This document shows positions 38,749-53,670 of a stretch of 64,000 bases of DNA, piece by piece. How positions within the stretch are numbered: position 1 is the first letter of the stretch; every line of letters begins with the position of its first letter. The stretch spans positions 35,838,001 to 35,902,000 of the forward strand of contig NC_087245.1 of NCBI RefSeq assembly GCF_037042905.1, given 5' to 3'. The notes below the pieces were generated by a model. The model was not told where the DNA came from, did no database searches, and saw nothing but the letters and a program-made list of their open reading frames with translations. The position numbers were made by a program, and so were the translations under genes. Origin of the DNA: Lytechinus pictus. Lineage: Eukaryota.

Positions 38749-38908
38749 TACATGTTTGATATATCGGATCAGTGTAACAACTTAAACACGAGGTTGCCAA
38801 GTCAAGCTTAACATAGGTGTGTAATTGACCACCCGCCCCCGTTAAGGTAACTCATCAACTTACAGTGAAGGCGAGACGACCAAGGATCTTTAAAATGATT
38901 TGCTGGTG

Positions 38909-39152
38909 CACTGCAGAAACGCCGGTGTTAATTCAACACCAACCTGGTATATCTATCTCGGAAAACACCAGAGAAGTGTTGAAACAACACCAGTTTAGAA
39001 TCAAACCGATATTGTTTTAACACTATTGGTGTTGCTTAAATGTCTATCTGGTGTTAGCCTAACGCCAAACCGGTGTTGCTTTAACACCTCTCTGGTGTTT
39101 ACCGGGATAGATACCAGACTGGTGTTAAATTAACACCGGCGTTTTTGCAGTG
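38909..39152. mobile_element. EnSpm-like palindromic MITE, family A, second copy
   Basis: cactgcagaaacgccggtgttaattcaacacca ... tggtgttaaattaacaccggcgtttttgcagtg. Confidence 0.8.
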
Positions 39153-39204
39153 TAGTATTGATGGAGTATAATAATTGAGTATTCTTATTCTCCACATGTC
39201 AGTC

Positions 39205-39475
39205 AATAAGTAAGGAAGTAGGTAAGTAATTAGGTAGTAAGTTAGTATATAGTAAGTACGTAAGTAACTAGTGGTTGAGTAAGTAATGAAATAGGTTAGT
39301 GCGTGAACAGGTTATTAAGTAAGCAAGTATAAGTCAGTAGGCCTACGTAAGTAAATAGATAAATACGTAAACAGGTAAGTAGGCAAGTGAGTAAGGACGT
39401 AAAAAAGCAAGTAGGTGAGCACTACCTTACTCAGTAATACAGTAATATAGTAATACTAATAAAATAAGTAAGTCA
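39205..39475. repeat. Degenerate (GTAA/GTAG)n simple repeat
   Basis: Direct inspection. Confidence 0.7.
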
Positions 39476-42400
39476 TAACACCACGTCTTTTAACTTCCAT
39501 TATTATCAATCCAAAAGAGAAGAGACCACTGTTGTGCCTTTCATTATTATTTAGTTTCATGAAGCATACAAGTATTCGAAATGTTTACGCATTGTCCACG
39601 CATCTTAGACGTGTGAAAAGGAGGAAAGTTTGTATACCGAGAGCCTTGAACCGAGGATGTTCGGTACATCTCATGGAATGTTCATATCTAACCGAGATAG
39701 TACAGCACAAATCACATGACTTATGACGTCATTACATCTGTCGACAGTACATATTCGATCCCATTTCTCTTCCAACAACCTCCTCATTCCCATTTATGTG
39801 CCCCACCCTCCCTCCGTCCACTTCATCGCACACGCACACACACAAAGCCATAACATAATCGCACATATCTTTCTCGAAATTTCTGCCACTTACTCTACCT
39901 CACCTCTCCTCTCCTCCTCTTTTCCTCTCTTAATCATTTTTTTTTAGATCTCTCTCTCCCACCCCTGCCCCCTTTCGCCATATCGGAGAGCAGCCCATGT
40001 GCAATACATTCGACATTCATTATACACTTTGGTCTCTTCCAACCGGCTCAATGCCTCGATAAATCTATGCCCAGCTCAGGCGAAATATTTGCCCCCATGG
40101 GTATGTGCTTAAAACACCACCACCACTTTTTCTTCCGTCAACAAGCTCCGAGATCGCAGGATGGTTTGCGTCTAGGATATCTCCCCCCAAATCCCCCAAG
40201 GGACCAACAGAGGTGGGGATTCTTGGCATGTTTGGCGTCTTGCCTTTCTCTCTCACACATGTTTTCAGTCACATATTCCCGGATTAGTCCAACATAGTAC
40301 ACAAAACTTGAAAAATAAAAAGAAAGGGGATAACACATGATGTCATCGCCGGCCTAGAGAATCGGATGAATGTGTACTCACCCGACGTCTATTCACGAAC
40401 ATTGTTTTATTTTGCCAGACAAAGGAAGAGTCAAAGTATTCAACAAAGTACAATCAGACATCCCTGTCATGACCATTGTTAATCGGAATATAATTAGATT
40501 TAAAAAAAATCTTATATAAAAGTATATTTTTAAGAGCACAAACATGATCCTGCCAATGCCTTTTTTGTTTACAAAATAAGGATATGGTGACAGGTAAAAT
40601 TTTCACGGTTACATGTCGAAATATGCATGATGGTGATGATGATAATTATTACAGTTGGTCTTTTTACTACGACAGCTCTGATGCTGTCATTTTTTATCAC
40701 CTTTTGACTATTTAATATTCCTTAGATGGAACGTGGTAAGTTTAAAATACAATTAAGAAAATGGCAAAAAATCAGAGAAAGACAGTAAGAAAAAACGATG
40801 AAAACGTGTATAAATAAAGGGAGGGGAACGTTTTTTTTTTAAATATCGGGTCGGGGCTCAGGTATGGCCGAAAGATGGACCTTTAATCAACTTGACAACA
40901 TTGAATGTATATGGGTACCATTTTAGCTGTAAAGAAAGGGCAATATACGCGATCCTATATACAGCAAAGATGAAAACATGGCGGTAACCAAATCCATTTT
41001 TTCGAGATAACGATGAACGAGCTCGTGGGGGCAAGTTTAATACCTTTTCGATAAACCGGGCAATGATTTTAAGCGGCTGTACATATCGGCGTTCAGTACA
41101 CATACTTTAATACCAGTCGTTGTCCTCAAGGGTGGCGGACAGGGTGGTCTATACACTCTAATTATATATTACATACTAATTTTGGTCTTCATTGTGTACC
41201 CATAGTATTCCTATATCGATTATACACGGGTGAGATCGAGGAAATTTCGGGAGTAATGACGCAGTCACATTTTACCCAACCCTGGGCAACATACTGTCCA
41301 CACAACCATTGGTTAAAATCTGCCCAAATTGGGTAATAAAAACTAATAATTGGGTAATAAATTTGCTCCATTGGATAATAATTGCCCAGAATATTAATAT
41401 ATATTTTACGAACGTACATTACTCAACACAGTGGACAGTATGTTGCCCAACATTATATGTGTGTACGGTGAGTCGAAAACAGGAGTTTAACATTTATATT
41501 TTGTTTTGTTACCAGCTACATATAGGTGGTTTGAATAAACATGAACAAAACACGGACTGTTTTCGACTCGCCGTACGGCCGCAGTAGGGGAAATGTGACT
41601 GCAGCATAAAGCACACAGAACATGTTTAACTTCAGTTTTTGTTGTTTTGTTGTTCACAAATTCACCTTGAAAGAAGGAGGGTAGAGATGATTTCATATGG
41701 CATTGCAAGAAACTTCAATTCCTTGTACCAAAGTCAGGCACATGTGCCAAAGTCAAGCCTAATCCTTTAATTAAACGCATTTTTATTGTTGATTTATGCT
41801 TAACTGAACTCTCTTGCAACGGCCCTTTACGCCCAGTGACTTTATAGGACTTCCGCTATATTCGCAATCGAATGCAAGTTTTATTGCAACATCGCATTGG
41901 GTGCCTTTAAGACAAGGGTAACAGTTGCAAGCTGTCACCATGATAAAGGGGTGTAAGTTTAAGTGGTGCTTTTTATGACACGTCATAAATGGGATGTCTT
42001 TGAATCAAACAGCTGTTGACATCAAGCTGAATGGGCATGTACATTGTTTTTTTTTTATTCATCTAGTACGAATTCCAATTTTAAAACGTTTGGTCCAATT
42101 TGTACAGTTTTTTGGTACAAAATGTGAATTCATTACTAATTATCAAAGAACAATAAGGCGAGTGTCTGCATGACATCTACGAGTGATATAAAAATTGTCC
42201 TCTCGTCTTAACTTCGAGGCTAATAGAGGGAACGATCGATGATGACCGGCAAGCTTCATCAAGATAGCCCAGGTCATGATCGAAATTGTAGTAGGCCTAA
42301 CATTCTGTTTAAATCACGATGTTATGCAATTGGTATACGATTGTAAGGAATATAAATACATCAAATCAAATATTGGATTGAATTAAGTGTAATTTAAGGT

Positions 42401-42560
42401 TTAAGATCATGGTGTTATGTAATAGCAAGCTAGCGAAAGCAAAGCAGCTTTAAAACACAGATTAATTCAAAATGTGTGCCTGTATCCCTATGCGTGGCGC
42501 CGCGGCGCGTCGGGTGAATGATACGATGCGTGTATCTTTATACTAATATGTCATGACCAG

Positions 42561-42717
42561 AGGCCCGTTTCATAAAGAGTTACAACTGTCGTAACTTTGC
42601 CATTGTGGCAACTACCATGGCAACACGGCTCAGCAGCCAATCAAAATCAAGGTTACCATGGTAGTTGCCATAATGGCAAAGTTACAACAGTTGTAACTCT
42701 TTATGAAACGGGGCCCC
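42561..42717. mobile_element. Harbinger-like palindromic MITE with central AGCCAATCA
   Basis: ggcccgtttcataaagagttacaactg / cagttgtaactctttatgaaacggggcc. Confidence 0.8.
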
Positions 42718-44020
42718 TGGAATGGCGCCTTTCTTGTTATTGGTAGAGGTTGAACCTTGGTATTTATTCTATAGAGTGATATCGTAAAACAGTTATTTCT
42801 TATTTTGTTCAGTTGATAGTTTGAACCATGAAAATTTCAAAAACAGTTATTGATAACAAACCTAACAAGTATGGGGGTATACCCGGATAAAAGGGGATTC
42901 TGTATGTACATGGACAGAAAGTGGGCACATGCCCTTCTGCCCCCCCCCCCCGATTCGCATCTGCCTATATATAATGTTACATTAATTCTTCGGATAGGCA
43001 TGGTAGGGCAAAACAACAGGTTATCATGATTACGAATTCGATTCAATTCAATTTTATTTTCCACATATTGAGTAAAAAACATGCAATATCATTACAATCG
43101 AATACATACATAGATAATAACAATACAAGTATAAATAGTTACAATATATTACATAAAAAAGACATAGAAGATCAAAATGTGGAGGGGATTGACAAAGGCC
43201 ATATTGATCTATCAAGGTCAATCCCCAGTGAAAGAAAAAAAAATGGAATACATAAATTACAAATGAAAAAAAAGATAATTGACCTCAAAACCCCAGACAA
43301 AGCAAAAGAAAGTAAAAGACGAATAAAGGGAAGAGAGAGGCAAATATAAAACTACCTTAAGGACTTCAGTTGTATATATAAAAAAGTCCTGGAATCCAAT
43401 AATAGTAATAATTTTTCGATATCAGATAAAAAGGAAACAATGATTTTATTCAAGCTCGAAGGAGTATACCCCTTCGTTCAATTAGAAAGTATGCGACTCA
43501 TATATATTCGACTTTCTACAACTGTTTCTAAAACATTATTCATGATGAACCCATGAACGCATACCGAACACTGTCGCGACGTTGTTCGGTATGCCTTCAT
43601 GGGCCAAATGAAAGGGTTGCCGCCTTTTCTTCACTTTATTGAGTGACGGGGTATATTACTGTATAGTTCGTAAATGAATAGCTGAGCACACTCTCTATAT
43701 CTAGGAAATTCATGTTCTTAAATTGACAGAGTTTTGACTAAAAACCATGAAGATCTGGATATTCCTTTTGCATTTTGTAAGGATCTGATGTTTAACTATA
43801 TCAGGTGTTATAATGGATGGGTTCGCTCCGCCCTCCTACGGTGTTTGAGACAAGTGCAAAGTCGTCACCTCAGACGTGTCTGGATAAATGGAACCAAATC
43901 GAAGTTGACAGCTATCATGGGGTGGTTGGTATATGTATTGACAAGAGTATAATCTTTACTAAACTAATGGGACGGCAAAGCACAATATAAACGCTATGAT
44001 TCACAACATGAACTGATCAG

Positions 44021-44174
44021 GGGCCCGTTTCATAAAGGACTTGCAACTGCCGTAACTTTGCCATTATGGCAACTACCATGGTAACCTTGATTTTGATTGG
44101 CTGCTGAGCCCTGTTACCATGGTAGTTGCCATTATGGCAAAGTTACAACAGTTACAAGTCCTTTATGAAACAGG
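44021..44174. mobile_element. Second copy of the same MITE, opposite orientation
   Basis: gggcccgtttcataaaggacttg / caagtcctttatgaaacagg; central tgattggct. Confidence 0.8.
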
Positions 44175-45867
44175 TGTGGTTTAAGCCAAAATTAAACAAA
44201 ATTTCAAAAACAAAAATTGTGTTCAACCATGTTAAATTCATTTGTTGCTTAAAAATTGAACATTGATGCTTTACTTTTTATTCAAACATCTGTTCAAGTA
44301 CTTAAAAGTGATAGTGTACATTAAAGAGTAAAATATTCAAGACGTATCGGTGACACTAAACATAAAGTTGAAACTTTTGGTCTCAACACAAAGATAAAAA
44401 TTCGAAGAATTACCTCGAAATTTTCGGCTGCTAGACTTTACGTAACATCACATTACTTTGTATTTTATCTTATAACACTGCAATGTATTATACTACATTA
44501 GGGCCTATACGTTAATCCTTCAATTATTATTCTGTTAGTCACTAAAATATACTGTTAGGAGCTTGCAATCGCCCGGTGATCATATCGAATTTTGTGATAC
44601 TAGGTCTAGGAGGTGTTGTCCCTCTGATTGCCCCCTCGCATTCTCTCTCTCTCTCTCTCTCTCTCTCTGGTGACGATGATAAGTGATAAATGTAAAGGGA
44701 TGATGTACGAGATCGGGGTGTTATAACACATCCATTCCAACATTATGTCTCATTGTTTAGACGTACCTCAGCGCAATTCTTTATTTATTTATATTCAGAG
44801 TTTACTTCTAATATAAGTGCGTTATGTTGGATGTTTATACCCCGGATTCATGTCCCTCTGTTCTGGCGTCACACATGACCAAGCATTTCTTTTGCAATCG
44901 TGGGGGCAGCTCAGGACGAAAATGTCGAGGAATATGAGTGTGGTGGATACTCACCGACCCCCCCCCCCCCGCACACACACCCCCTCACACAAGCTAGCTA
45001 ACGATGGGGGCTTGGGGCACTGGACCCCCAACAGTTCCACGACCGAGAAAAGAAAATGAAAAATGGAAAGCAGAAAGAAAATGAAAGAAGAGAAGAATAT
45101 TGTGTCAAAATTTATCAAATTTATCATTATCAAGAGGTCATGAAAATTTGCCTGCTCGCTTTGCTCTCTCGTGCGTCATGACCTGTGTGATTAAAATGTA
45201 GAGGATAGATGACCGATTCGCGATTATTTGTTGTCTGATTATTTAACCTTTCAATAAAGCGGTGAGAAGGTCACATACTCCACAATCAAATCCTAAGGAC
45301 TCCCCGTGGGGATGTGGATCGGTGTGACCGGGTACCCCCGCTGTGTTTCATATCATTAACTACTGTGTGTTCGTGTCGGGAGATAAGCCGGTGGGCCTCC
45401 GGTAATGTACACATGCCATGGAGTGGTATGCGTGGATGGTGTATGCCTAATGTTATACAGTCATATCCACAAACCTGACTCCAAACCGATCGATGGTATG
45501 TCATTGAAAATAACGTAAGAGCTTTGATCGTTCTGGAGTTCGTTTCACTGGTGTGACTGAATAGCATTAGACTGTAGCTTAAAAGCAATACTATAAATGG
45601 AACACTGCTTGGTTTGAGATGACAGTCATCATTTTTGTGTAGCAACAGAAGCTTGCAATGGACGACATGTTATCATTCGCTACACAACATTCTCACATCG
45701 TTTTAAAGCACACTTTTCCTGTTTGTTAGAACATAAACCTAACCATGCTTACTGTTCACACTAAACAAAGTAAAGGTTGAAGTGTGCACCCACTCACCCA
45801 CCGACAATAAGACACTGGTTGCACCTTTTTATGTGTAACGTTGCGCCCAAAATGAAACACTGTTGCA

Positions 45868-46002
45868 CAGTGGCGTACCTGGGATTTTTCACAGGGGGTG
45901 GGGGCAAAACCGTCCGCCAAAAAATTTGACAAGCCAAAAAAAAAAAAAAAAAAAGGTCTTCAATCACAAATGAAGGATTTCGTACCAGACAAAAATTTGA
46001 CA

Positions 46003-46040
<38 letters not shown>

Positions 46041-46149
46041 CAAGCTCGTCAGGGGGGGGGAGGGGCAGGGATACGTGTTTTGCATGGGTTGTGGCTCGTC
46101 AGGGGGGGGGGCAGACTGCCCCCTCTGCCCCCCCGTAGGTACGCTAGTG
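45868..46149. mobile_element. hAT-like MITE with 8-bp TSD ctgttgca, inserted in a ~47-bp tandem repeat
   Basis: TSD at 45860-45867 and 46150-46157; termini cagtggcgtacc / ggtacgctagtg. Confidence 0.85.
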
Positions 46150-48290
46150 CTGTTGCACCTCCAAATGTGTAATTTTGCACCCAAAATGAAACACTGCATG
46201 GTGCACCTCTTTATGTGTAATTTTGCGCCCATAAAGAAACACTGGTTGCACCTAGTTTTGTGAAAATCTTGCACCGTTATCGAAAAGAAAAGTGTTGTTT
46301 GCACCCAGAAATGCTTTTTTGCACGATATAAAAGACTATAAATTTCAGCAGTCAGAGGATGCATAATATTTCAATTTAAAAAGTTCAAATTTGCACCTCC
46401 CTTAAAGGAATCAATTCTGCACCATTGTTCGGTGCATAATGTGTTTAACCGCACTATTAGAGGTGAAGAGATGCGCATAATAGCACCCATTACTTCCCCT
46501 GTATTGTTACTGCTAAGTGTTCACGTTTGATTCATAGTTGTATATAAATGTGTCTGCTAAAGGAATCCAATTCATATTACATATAATTTTATTTCATAAA
46601 AAAGCAGATATGTAGATAATTTCAACGAAACATTTGGTCCGAAGTCGAAGTTGGCAGCCCCCTGTATGTGACTCCAGTCGAACAAAGCGGACAAAGAGTT
46701 AAAATGATTTTTCTGAGTACATTTGCATTCATATCCACATTAGAACTGAGAAAGGATCCCTTACAAAACAATATTTCAACTGGGTTGAACTTCCTTCTTG
46801 TGCTCTTCTTACTAGTCGCCAAATCAACTGACTTTGAAAAAATTAAGACACCCAAACGCCCAAAACAACGAGTAAATAAGAAATTAATGTAGGATATGTA
46901 GACCTATTACTCTTTTTAGAATAAATTGCATAAATAATGATTTGCCGGTGTTATTCTTCTTTTGTTGAACATATTATATGCATCTGGTCGTATTCTTTTT
47001 TTAGTTTTGATTTCTGATGTAAGCTCTCAACCTTTTCGGGACCTTGATGTAAAACAGTGTTTTTATACTGATCTTGTGTTCTCCTGAATATATATTTCAA
47101 TAAATAAAAATAAATTTTACATGACCAGTTTGCTCATAAGTTAGTGAAGCACATCACAAAATGCACCCCTTCATGCCGATTGTTGAATGTATAGACAGAA
47201 AAACAAACTTTATTTAATGTAATATTTTATCACCTGATTTCACAAAGAAATATCCAAAGCCTGGCAGAATCTGAACACTTTAAACTATGTTTATTTTCTT
47301 GTGGGGTTTATTAATTTTTGAGCGCCACTGTATGTTGGCTTAGATTTTAACCCCCCCCCCACCCCCCCCCCCCGACCCGGTTCTGTTTCATAACACTCAC
47401 TCTGTTAGTCAATGGTAACTAACAGAAGGGATCCAAAGTAACATACCGTACGTCAGCAGCGAAAATCAAGGTATTTTAAGTTACGATTAAACGCGAAGTT
47501 GTCATTGATCGTTGTGTTATATGTCAGTGGTACCCCCCCCCCCCCCCCACACAAACACTCCAATGTCGAGTTCACATCTAGCAAGTAGTTCTACTCTAAC
47601 GTGGTTCAGAGTTGTGTGGAGGGCGAACATTTGCATATCATCAGAATTTAATCGTCTATCAGCTGCAGTCTTGGCTATGAAGTCTTTCCTAGCACTTCAT
47701 GATACAACGCCCTGTGCGCGATGAGTCGTATCGTTGTATCAATATGACCAAGCGATGTTATTAAAGACAACAAGTTGGGTGAAAGCTAGCGCTGATGGGA
47801 AATGATGCGACCCAGGCAGTATATAGGCCTACCTACTATCACACCCACCTTGGATAGTCGTCAGGAGGGATGAGGGAAGTAGATTCCACCCCATCCCTAA
47901 TCTAGGGTGGTGGATTAGCGCCGTGAAGAGTTGTCAGGATGTATCAGGCGAATATTTTGTATGGGCTTATTTTGGGATACGGACCACTATCCCGAAAAAT
48001 CTTGAGCGAACGAAACAAGCGAAAACGAATATTATATAGAGTTTTTTTTACATAGATAATAAATTCTGCCATATTGACATGTAAGAATGCCAAGCAGGCA
48101 GGATAATCAACGAACCCATGATGTTGACTAGTACAATATACAAACACTATCACTGACTATACTGCCTTGATTAACATGATTAAACCGGGGAAAAGGGAGC
48201 TATTTCCCTGATTTCATTGTAGATTCACTTGTATGTGTGTATGTTTTGGGTAAGGTGCGTATGTGGTGAGGAGAGCAACATTGGCGCCGT

Positions 48291-48505
48291 CAGGGGCGGA
48301 TCCAGGATTCAAGAGGGGGGGGGGGGCATTTTGTACAAGAAAGGTTTGACAAGCAAAAAATAAGGGTCTTCAGTACCAAATCGAGGTCATTTTGTTCCAG
48401 GAAAAAAGTCCTCTCTTGGGTATGCATGGCATATCAACCTAAAAAATATTTTTGTGATTCTCAAAAGGGAGGGGGAGGCAAGGGCCCCTTCCACGATCCG
48501 CCCTT
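48291..48505. mobile_element. hAT-like poly-G MITE, degenerate
   Basis: caggggcggatccagga ... gatccgcccct. Confidence 0.6.
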
Positions 48506-49497
48506 TCCAAATCCCAACCGGTGAACAAGTGGAACAGGGGATAAAAATAATACAGAAGTTATTCTGGCGGCGAGTGGTTAAAATGTTATTTTATTCGTTA
48601 TCTTGAATGTGAGATATCGATGCCTTTACATTTTATTTTGCCACCGCCTCCCTTAACATTGTGCATCTCATTTACCCAATAATGGTCAAATCAGTGGTCA
48701 GTATCTAGGCACCCTAGCTTACCAGGTGTGTCTTCCGTCTGTATTGATTATACCTTATTCCACCTGGGTGAAGAGTGGCAAATAGAAACGTCTTGCCAAT
48801 GGACATAGTTTTGGCTTAGCTATTTTCCCCATCTCGACTCGCGACCGGGGAAGGTGTTCTCGGGACGGCGACACGCCCATCCAAGACGCCATTGCCTTAG
48901 TATGTGTAAGACGACGTCGGATTGGAAAAGGGAGGGAATGATGGGAGAAAGCGGGTCGAGATGATTTTGTGGAACGATGAAAACAACCTCAATTTGCGAT
49001 GCCCCATCGCGAATTCAGCCATAAGCTTAACCAAAGCTGAAGGGAGAAGCCCCAAATTGGTTTGGCCTGGACGTTGGGCGCGATTGTCTTTCACGGGTAA
49101 TTCATTAGGGCGTTATGGTTCCTCCTACCCCATCAGTCACTACCTCCTCATCAGGACCACTTGGGAAATACACTAACCCGGGTCAAGAGTCAAGGAGGGC
49201 TTGGTTACCCCCCCCCCCACCCCCTCCACTTCGATTCGACACCCCATCAATTACACGGGCTCTCCTGCACGAGTGTTGTGTTCTTGATGGCATGACTCGA
49301 TACTGTAGCTGTCTGCAGTGCATGTGTGGTATCTGCGAGCAAATAAGATGTAAGTTTACCACTTAACCCTTGGTCAATGTCATGTCTGACTAGAGGAAGA
49401 TGTTCTCAGTTACTGAATGGTCTCACTGCCTCAGTCCCACTAAACCGAAATAACGTAATAGAATTGCTTGCTCTGGAGTCGATTCCATTGTTGTGAC

Positions 49498-49707
49498 AAG
49501 GGGCGGATCCAGGATTGTCCAAATGGGAGGGGGGCAAATTTTTCCGGTAAAGATTTGACAAGCAAAAAAAAGGGGGTCCTCACTTTCAAAGGGGGGGGGG
49601 GGTCCAATTGTGTAAAAGCGGTATATTTACATTACAAATTTTAATGATCCTCTCAAAGGGGGGGGGGTACGGGCCGGCTGTGCCCCCTCCCCCTGGATGC
49701 GCCAGTG
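49498..49707. mobile_element. hAT-like MITE with 8-bp TSD gttgtgac (same family as 23482-23693, inverted)
   Basis: TSD at 49490-49497 and 49708-49715. Confidence 0.85.
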
Positions 49708-50061
49708 GTTGTGACTACAACACGAGGCGGATCCAGAATTTTAGATGGATATACTCAACAAGGAATCGAACGCAGTAATATCCTCTTGAGCTTAGCCAGT
49801 TAACCGATATCTCATTTGTGGACACTATACCGCAATGCAAACTCATGACTTCTTGTATCATAGGAATTCAATGTGTTGATATCTACCAAAGATTCTAGTC
49901 ACACCGACTTCAAACAGACCGATTGTATGTGTCATTGGGGATGACGTCATAACGTTTGTTGGTCTGGAGTTGTCTTGGACGGTATGACTGAAGCCTCCAT
50001 GTGGTTCTTATCGAGTTGACTGATTATACGACCCCCAAATATACAACAAAACAGAACAAAA

Positions 50062-50128
50062 ACTACTTCTACTACTACTACTACTGCTGCTGCTACTACT
50101 ACTACTAGTACTAGTAGTAGTATAGTAG

Positions 50129-50162
<34 letters not shown>

Positions 50163-50238
50163 GCTGCTACTACTACTACTACTACTACTACTTTTACTAC
50201 TACTACTACTACTACTACTGCTACTACTACTGCTACTA

Positions 50239-50298
<60 letters not shown>

Positions 50299-50322
50299 TT
50301 ACTACTACCACTACTACTACTT

Positions 50323-50361
<39 letters not shown>

Positions 50362-50463
50362 TACTACTACTACTACTACTACTACTACTATACTACTACT
50401 ACTACTACTGTTACTTCTACTTGCTGATGCTGCTACGACTACTAATACTACAACTACTACTAC
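50062..50463. repeat. (CTA)n microsatellite
   Basis: Direct inspection; explains the poly-V ORFs. Confidence 0.95.
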
Positions 50464-51155
50464 CACGACAATCACTTCTTCTGTACTCTTACTACTATTT
50501 TGTACTGCACTCTCGACATGCTCAATGATGCAAATCTGGCGCTGCACGTGACTATACAGAGTAGATTTAGCGTTTTACGTTATTATTGTTAACGTATAAC
50601 GTAATAATATTATTATTGTTGTTATTGTTATTATTATCATCATCATTTTTTTTATTATGATCATTATTATCATGATGATGAGGGTGACTACACCAAAGAT
50701 GTTTCTGTTACTTTCACAGTTTTTCCACATCCACGTCTCTTTTGATGGATATAGAGCACGCTCTCTTCGGAGTGTCTGACAAGCCTATTGCCGATCACAC
50801 AAAAGCCGAATATCCATCCACTCTCAAAAAAACCGTCCTTATATGACCTTGATACGAGATATCACGCCTTCTCATTAAAAGACACCCTTCCTTCCCCAGT
50901 AACTCCCTATTATCAGATTACGAATGACTTGCTACCGTGTTTTACGCCGTGAATGAGGGGACCCACTTTATGAAAATGAGAAATTCTGGAATTGAAATAA
51001 AATCCATCTGATGTCTAGCAATAAAATAATAATAATGGTTTTCTGGTCTCCCATTATATTACTTGAAATCAATGTCATTGTTCTCGGTGGGAGTTAAACG
51101 TTGTCATTATGACGCAAAATTAGAATCTGTAGCCTCAGTTATATACTCTTACTGA

Positions 51156-51966
51156 CAGAGGCGTCGATCCGGGGGGGGGGGGCGATCGCCCCACCAATGA
51201 AACTATTGGGGGGCAAACATATCGTTTTGCCCCCCCCCCCAATAATTCCGGATGTGCAAAATTAAATAAGATTGTAATGTTACACAGAAATCAGCAATCG
51301 AGATTGAGATACACAACTCGTTCTTTATTTAAAATCGTGCTCGAAATGTCCGCTATTCAGATTGAAATATAAAAATTTTCAGCTCGCGCTTCGCGCTCGC
51401 ATCATTTCTGTAGCAAAAACCCATTCTTTTCATGATTAAATAGGTGAATAGAATGTCCCGTTTTCAGTTCTAAACCTCAAAAGAACTCCGGCTTCGATTT
51501 GCAATAATCTTTTGTTGGATATATATATTGTTCTTTATCAAAAACGTCCATTAAACTGTCAATTTTTTCAGATCAAAATATCAAAATTTTCAGCTCGCGC
51601 TTCGCATCTATTGTTCTTTTAGATACCCATCTTGAATCATTGGTACCAAAAAATCTCGGCACTTGCATTATCTGTGTAGTGGGATATGTATCCTCCTTAT
51701 GAGTTACTACAAACAGTCCTAAACAGGTACCTCTTTCCTGTTTTCAGATCCGTCAGTATACTAAAAAATTTCAGCTCGCACTTCGCGCTCGCATTAATTT
51801 GTTGGTGAGATATGTGTCTCTGTCTCATGAGTCATATATATATATAGGCATATGTGTGTGTGTGTGGGTGAGTTTGTTTGTTTTGTGTGATCGAGCGCCT
51901 TTGGAACGTTGATTCATTTTTGCCCTCCCCCCCCCCCCCAATCTGAAAAATTGATCGACGCCCCTG
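51156..51966. mobile_element. Intact 811-bp non-autonomous hAT-like element with 8-bp TSD cttactga
   Basis: TSD at 51148-51155 and 51967-51974; TIR cagaggcgtcgatc / gatcgacgcccctg; three internal aaattttcagctcgc modules. Confidence 0.88.
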
Positions 51967-53043
51967 CTTACTGAGTGTCAATTCAAAATCGTCTTTTTGT
52001 TGAAAAGTACAAACGGTCTGATTTGGAAATTTGTATCAAATTCAATATGAAATAAAAGTGAGTATATGAAAGTACATTTTACATCAGTCTGTCAAGCACT
52101 CGCAGTCACGGCAGACGGAATGTACTGCGAGAGATGTCTTCACAAATTGGCGCCAAAATGCGTGAATCAACGCGAAATCGTCATGCTGCACGTACATTGA
52201 AAAGTGATAGCAAATATATAGGTATGTGCACATCATTCAATATTGTTTGAACATCTGTGGGGAGCGTTTAATATGAAACTGAAAACATACTTATTAATTT
52301 ATTTCCATTGCACTGGTTTAATTGCGAAGACATTCACTTAAGCACATCTTATCCACCGTGTTCAAGTGTAATGGCATACAGAGATCCATGCAATCCAAGA
52401 GTGTTTTGTGTTACATTTCTTACCTCACATTTAAACATCCCTTTTCTTTTGTCTTATGAGTACAATGCAGATATTGCAATCCGTTTTCAGTTTGATCTGT
52501 TAGAACCACTAAAGAATACAACGAAGCAAAAATAGAACGAATTGAAGATGAAAATATAAAGAAAAGGAAGGAGCATTTGCATTCGATCGATTTCCTTAAT
52601 AAATTACTTCATATTTTATCAAAAACTGCCTGTTCCAAAATCTTGGATCTTTTATGTATGTGTAATTGCAGAATCATGCTATTTTGTCAATTTGACGAGC
52701 TCTCCAACCTTGCCAGCATGGTTTCGTTTACACCAATATCAACATGTTTTGCGTCAACAAAATCGCCTGACATTAAAAAATTAATCGTGTCTGGTAAACA
52801 ACTTTAAGAGGAAGAGTAGTAAACCTTGATCAGTGTTGATTACATTTTGAAGACCAACGCATATTACCTATATATCCCGACCAATACCTGAAAATGGACA
52901 ATACGTAAATATGGACAGGTACGTATCAAGCTAATGCAAAACTTGAAAACCAAAATATTCAAATTTATGCCAATGTTATTCATAGGCCTTCAATAATCAT
53001 TTATCGTAGTTTCCGATTTAAAAGGAGAAAAAATTGAAGACAT

Positions 53044-53333
53044 GGGCCCGTATTCTGAACTCGGGTTTAAATTAAACCATGGTTTAAAGTTATGGTTTAA
53101 CTATGGAGAGCCAATTGGAGCATAAATCCCTAACAGTAAACATTCAATTTATTAACTCATGTGACATCCAAATTGTTCATAATATTGTTTGGGAATGATA
53201 ACTGATGTATTTTTCTTCATTATGAAAGCAAGGGGAAACAAAATAGTTTACATATTAATAGATAAACAACATATACATATTTTTTTATTTTTTGGTTCGC
53301 TATAATTTTAGCACCCGACTTCAGAATACGGGC
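53044..53333. mobile_element. Harbinger-like MITE, partly deleted
   Basis: gggcccgtattctgaactcggg / cccgacttcagaatacgggc. Confidence 0.65.
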
Positions 53334-53469
53334 GTCGGGCCCAACTGCTCTGGAAATTCATCGATATTTAAAGGACACTGTTACGTGGTTCTAGGTCATT
53401 TCAAATTTTGATTGTCGTCAAGTTGTCCTTCGAAATGACTCTTCAATAATTTATCACCATTGACTGGAC

Positions 53470-53670
53470 ATGGTGGTTCAATGGTAGAGATCCCGCCTTG
53501 TCCTGAAAGGGGTTCGATCCCCGGCCGAGCTATACTAAAGACTTAAGAACGAGACCTTCTGCCTTCTTATCAAGTGCTCGACTGTATTATAGCATTATGT
53601 TATGTTGGGCCCGAGTAGAACAATTAATAAGAGATGAAGAGTAAACACGAATTATTATTGTTATCATTTA
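53470..53670 (+). mobile_element. Degenerate tRNA-derived SINE (Meta-like)
   Basis: ggtggttcaatggtagag..gggttcgatccccggccgagctatactaaagacttaagaa. Confidence 0.55.
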
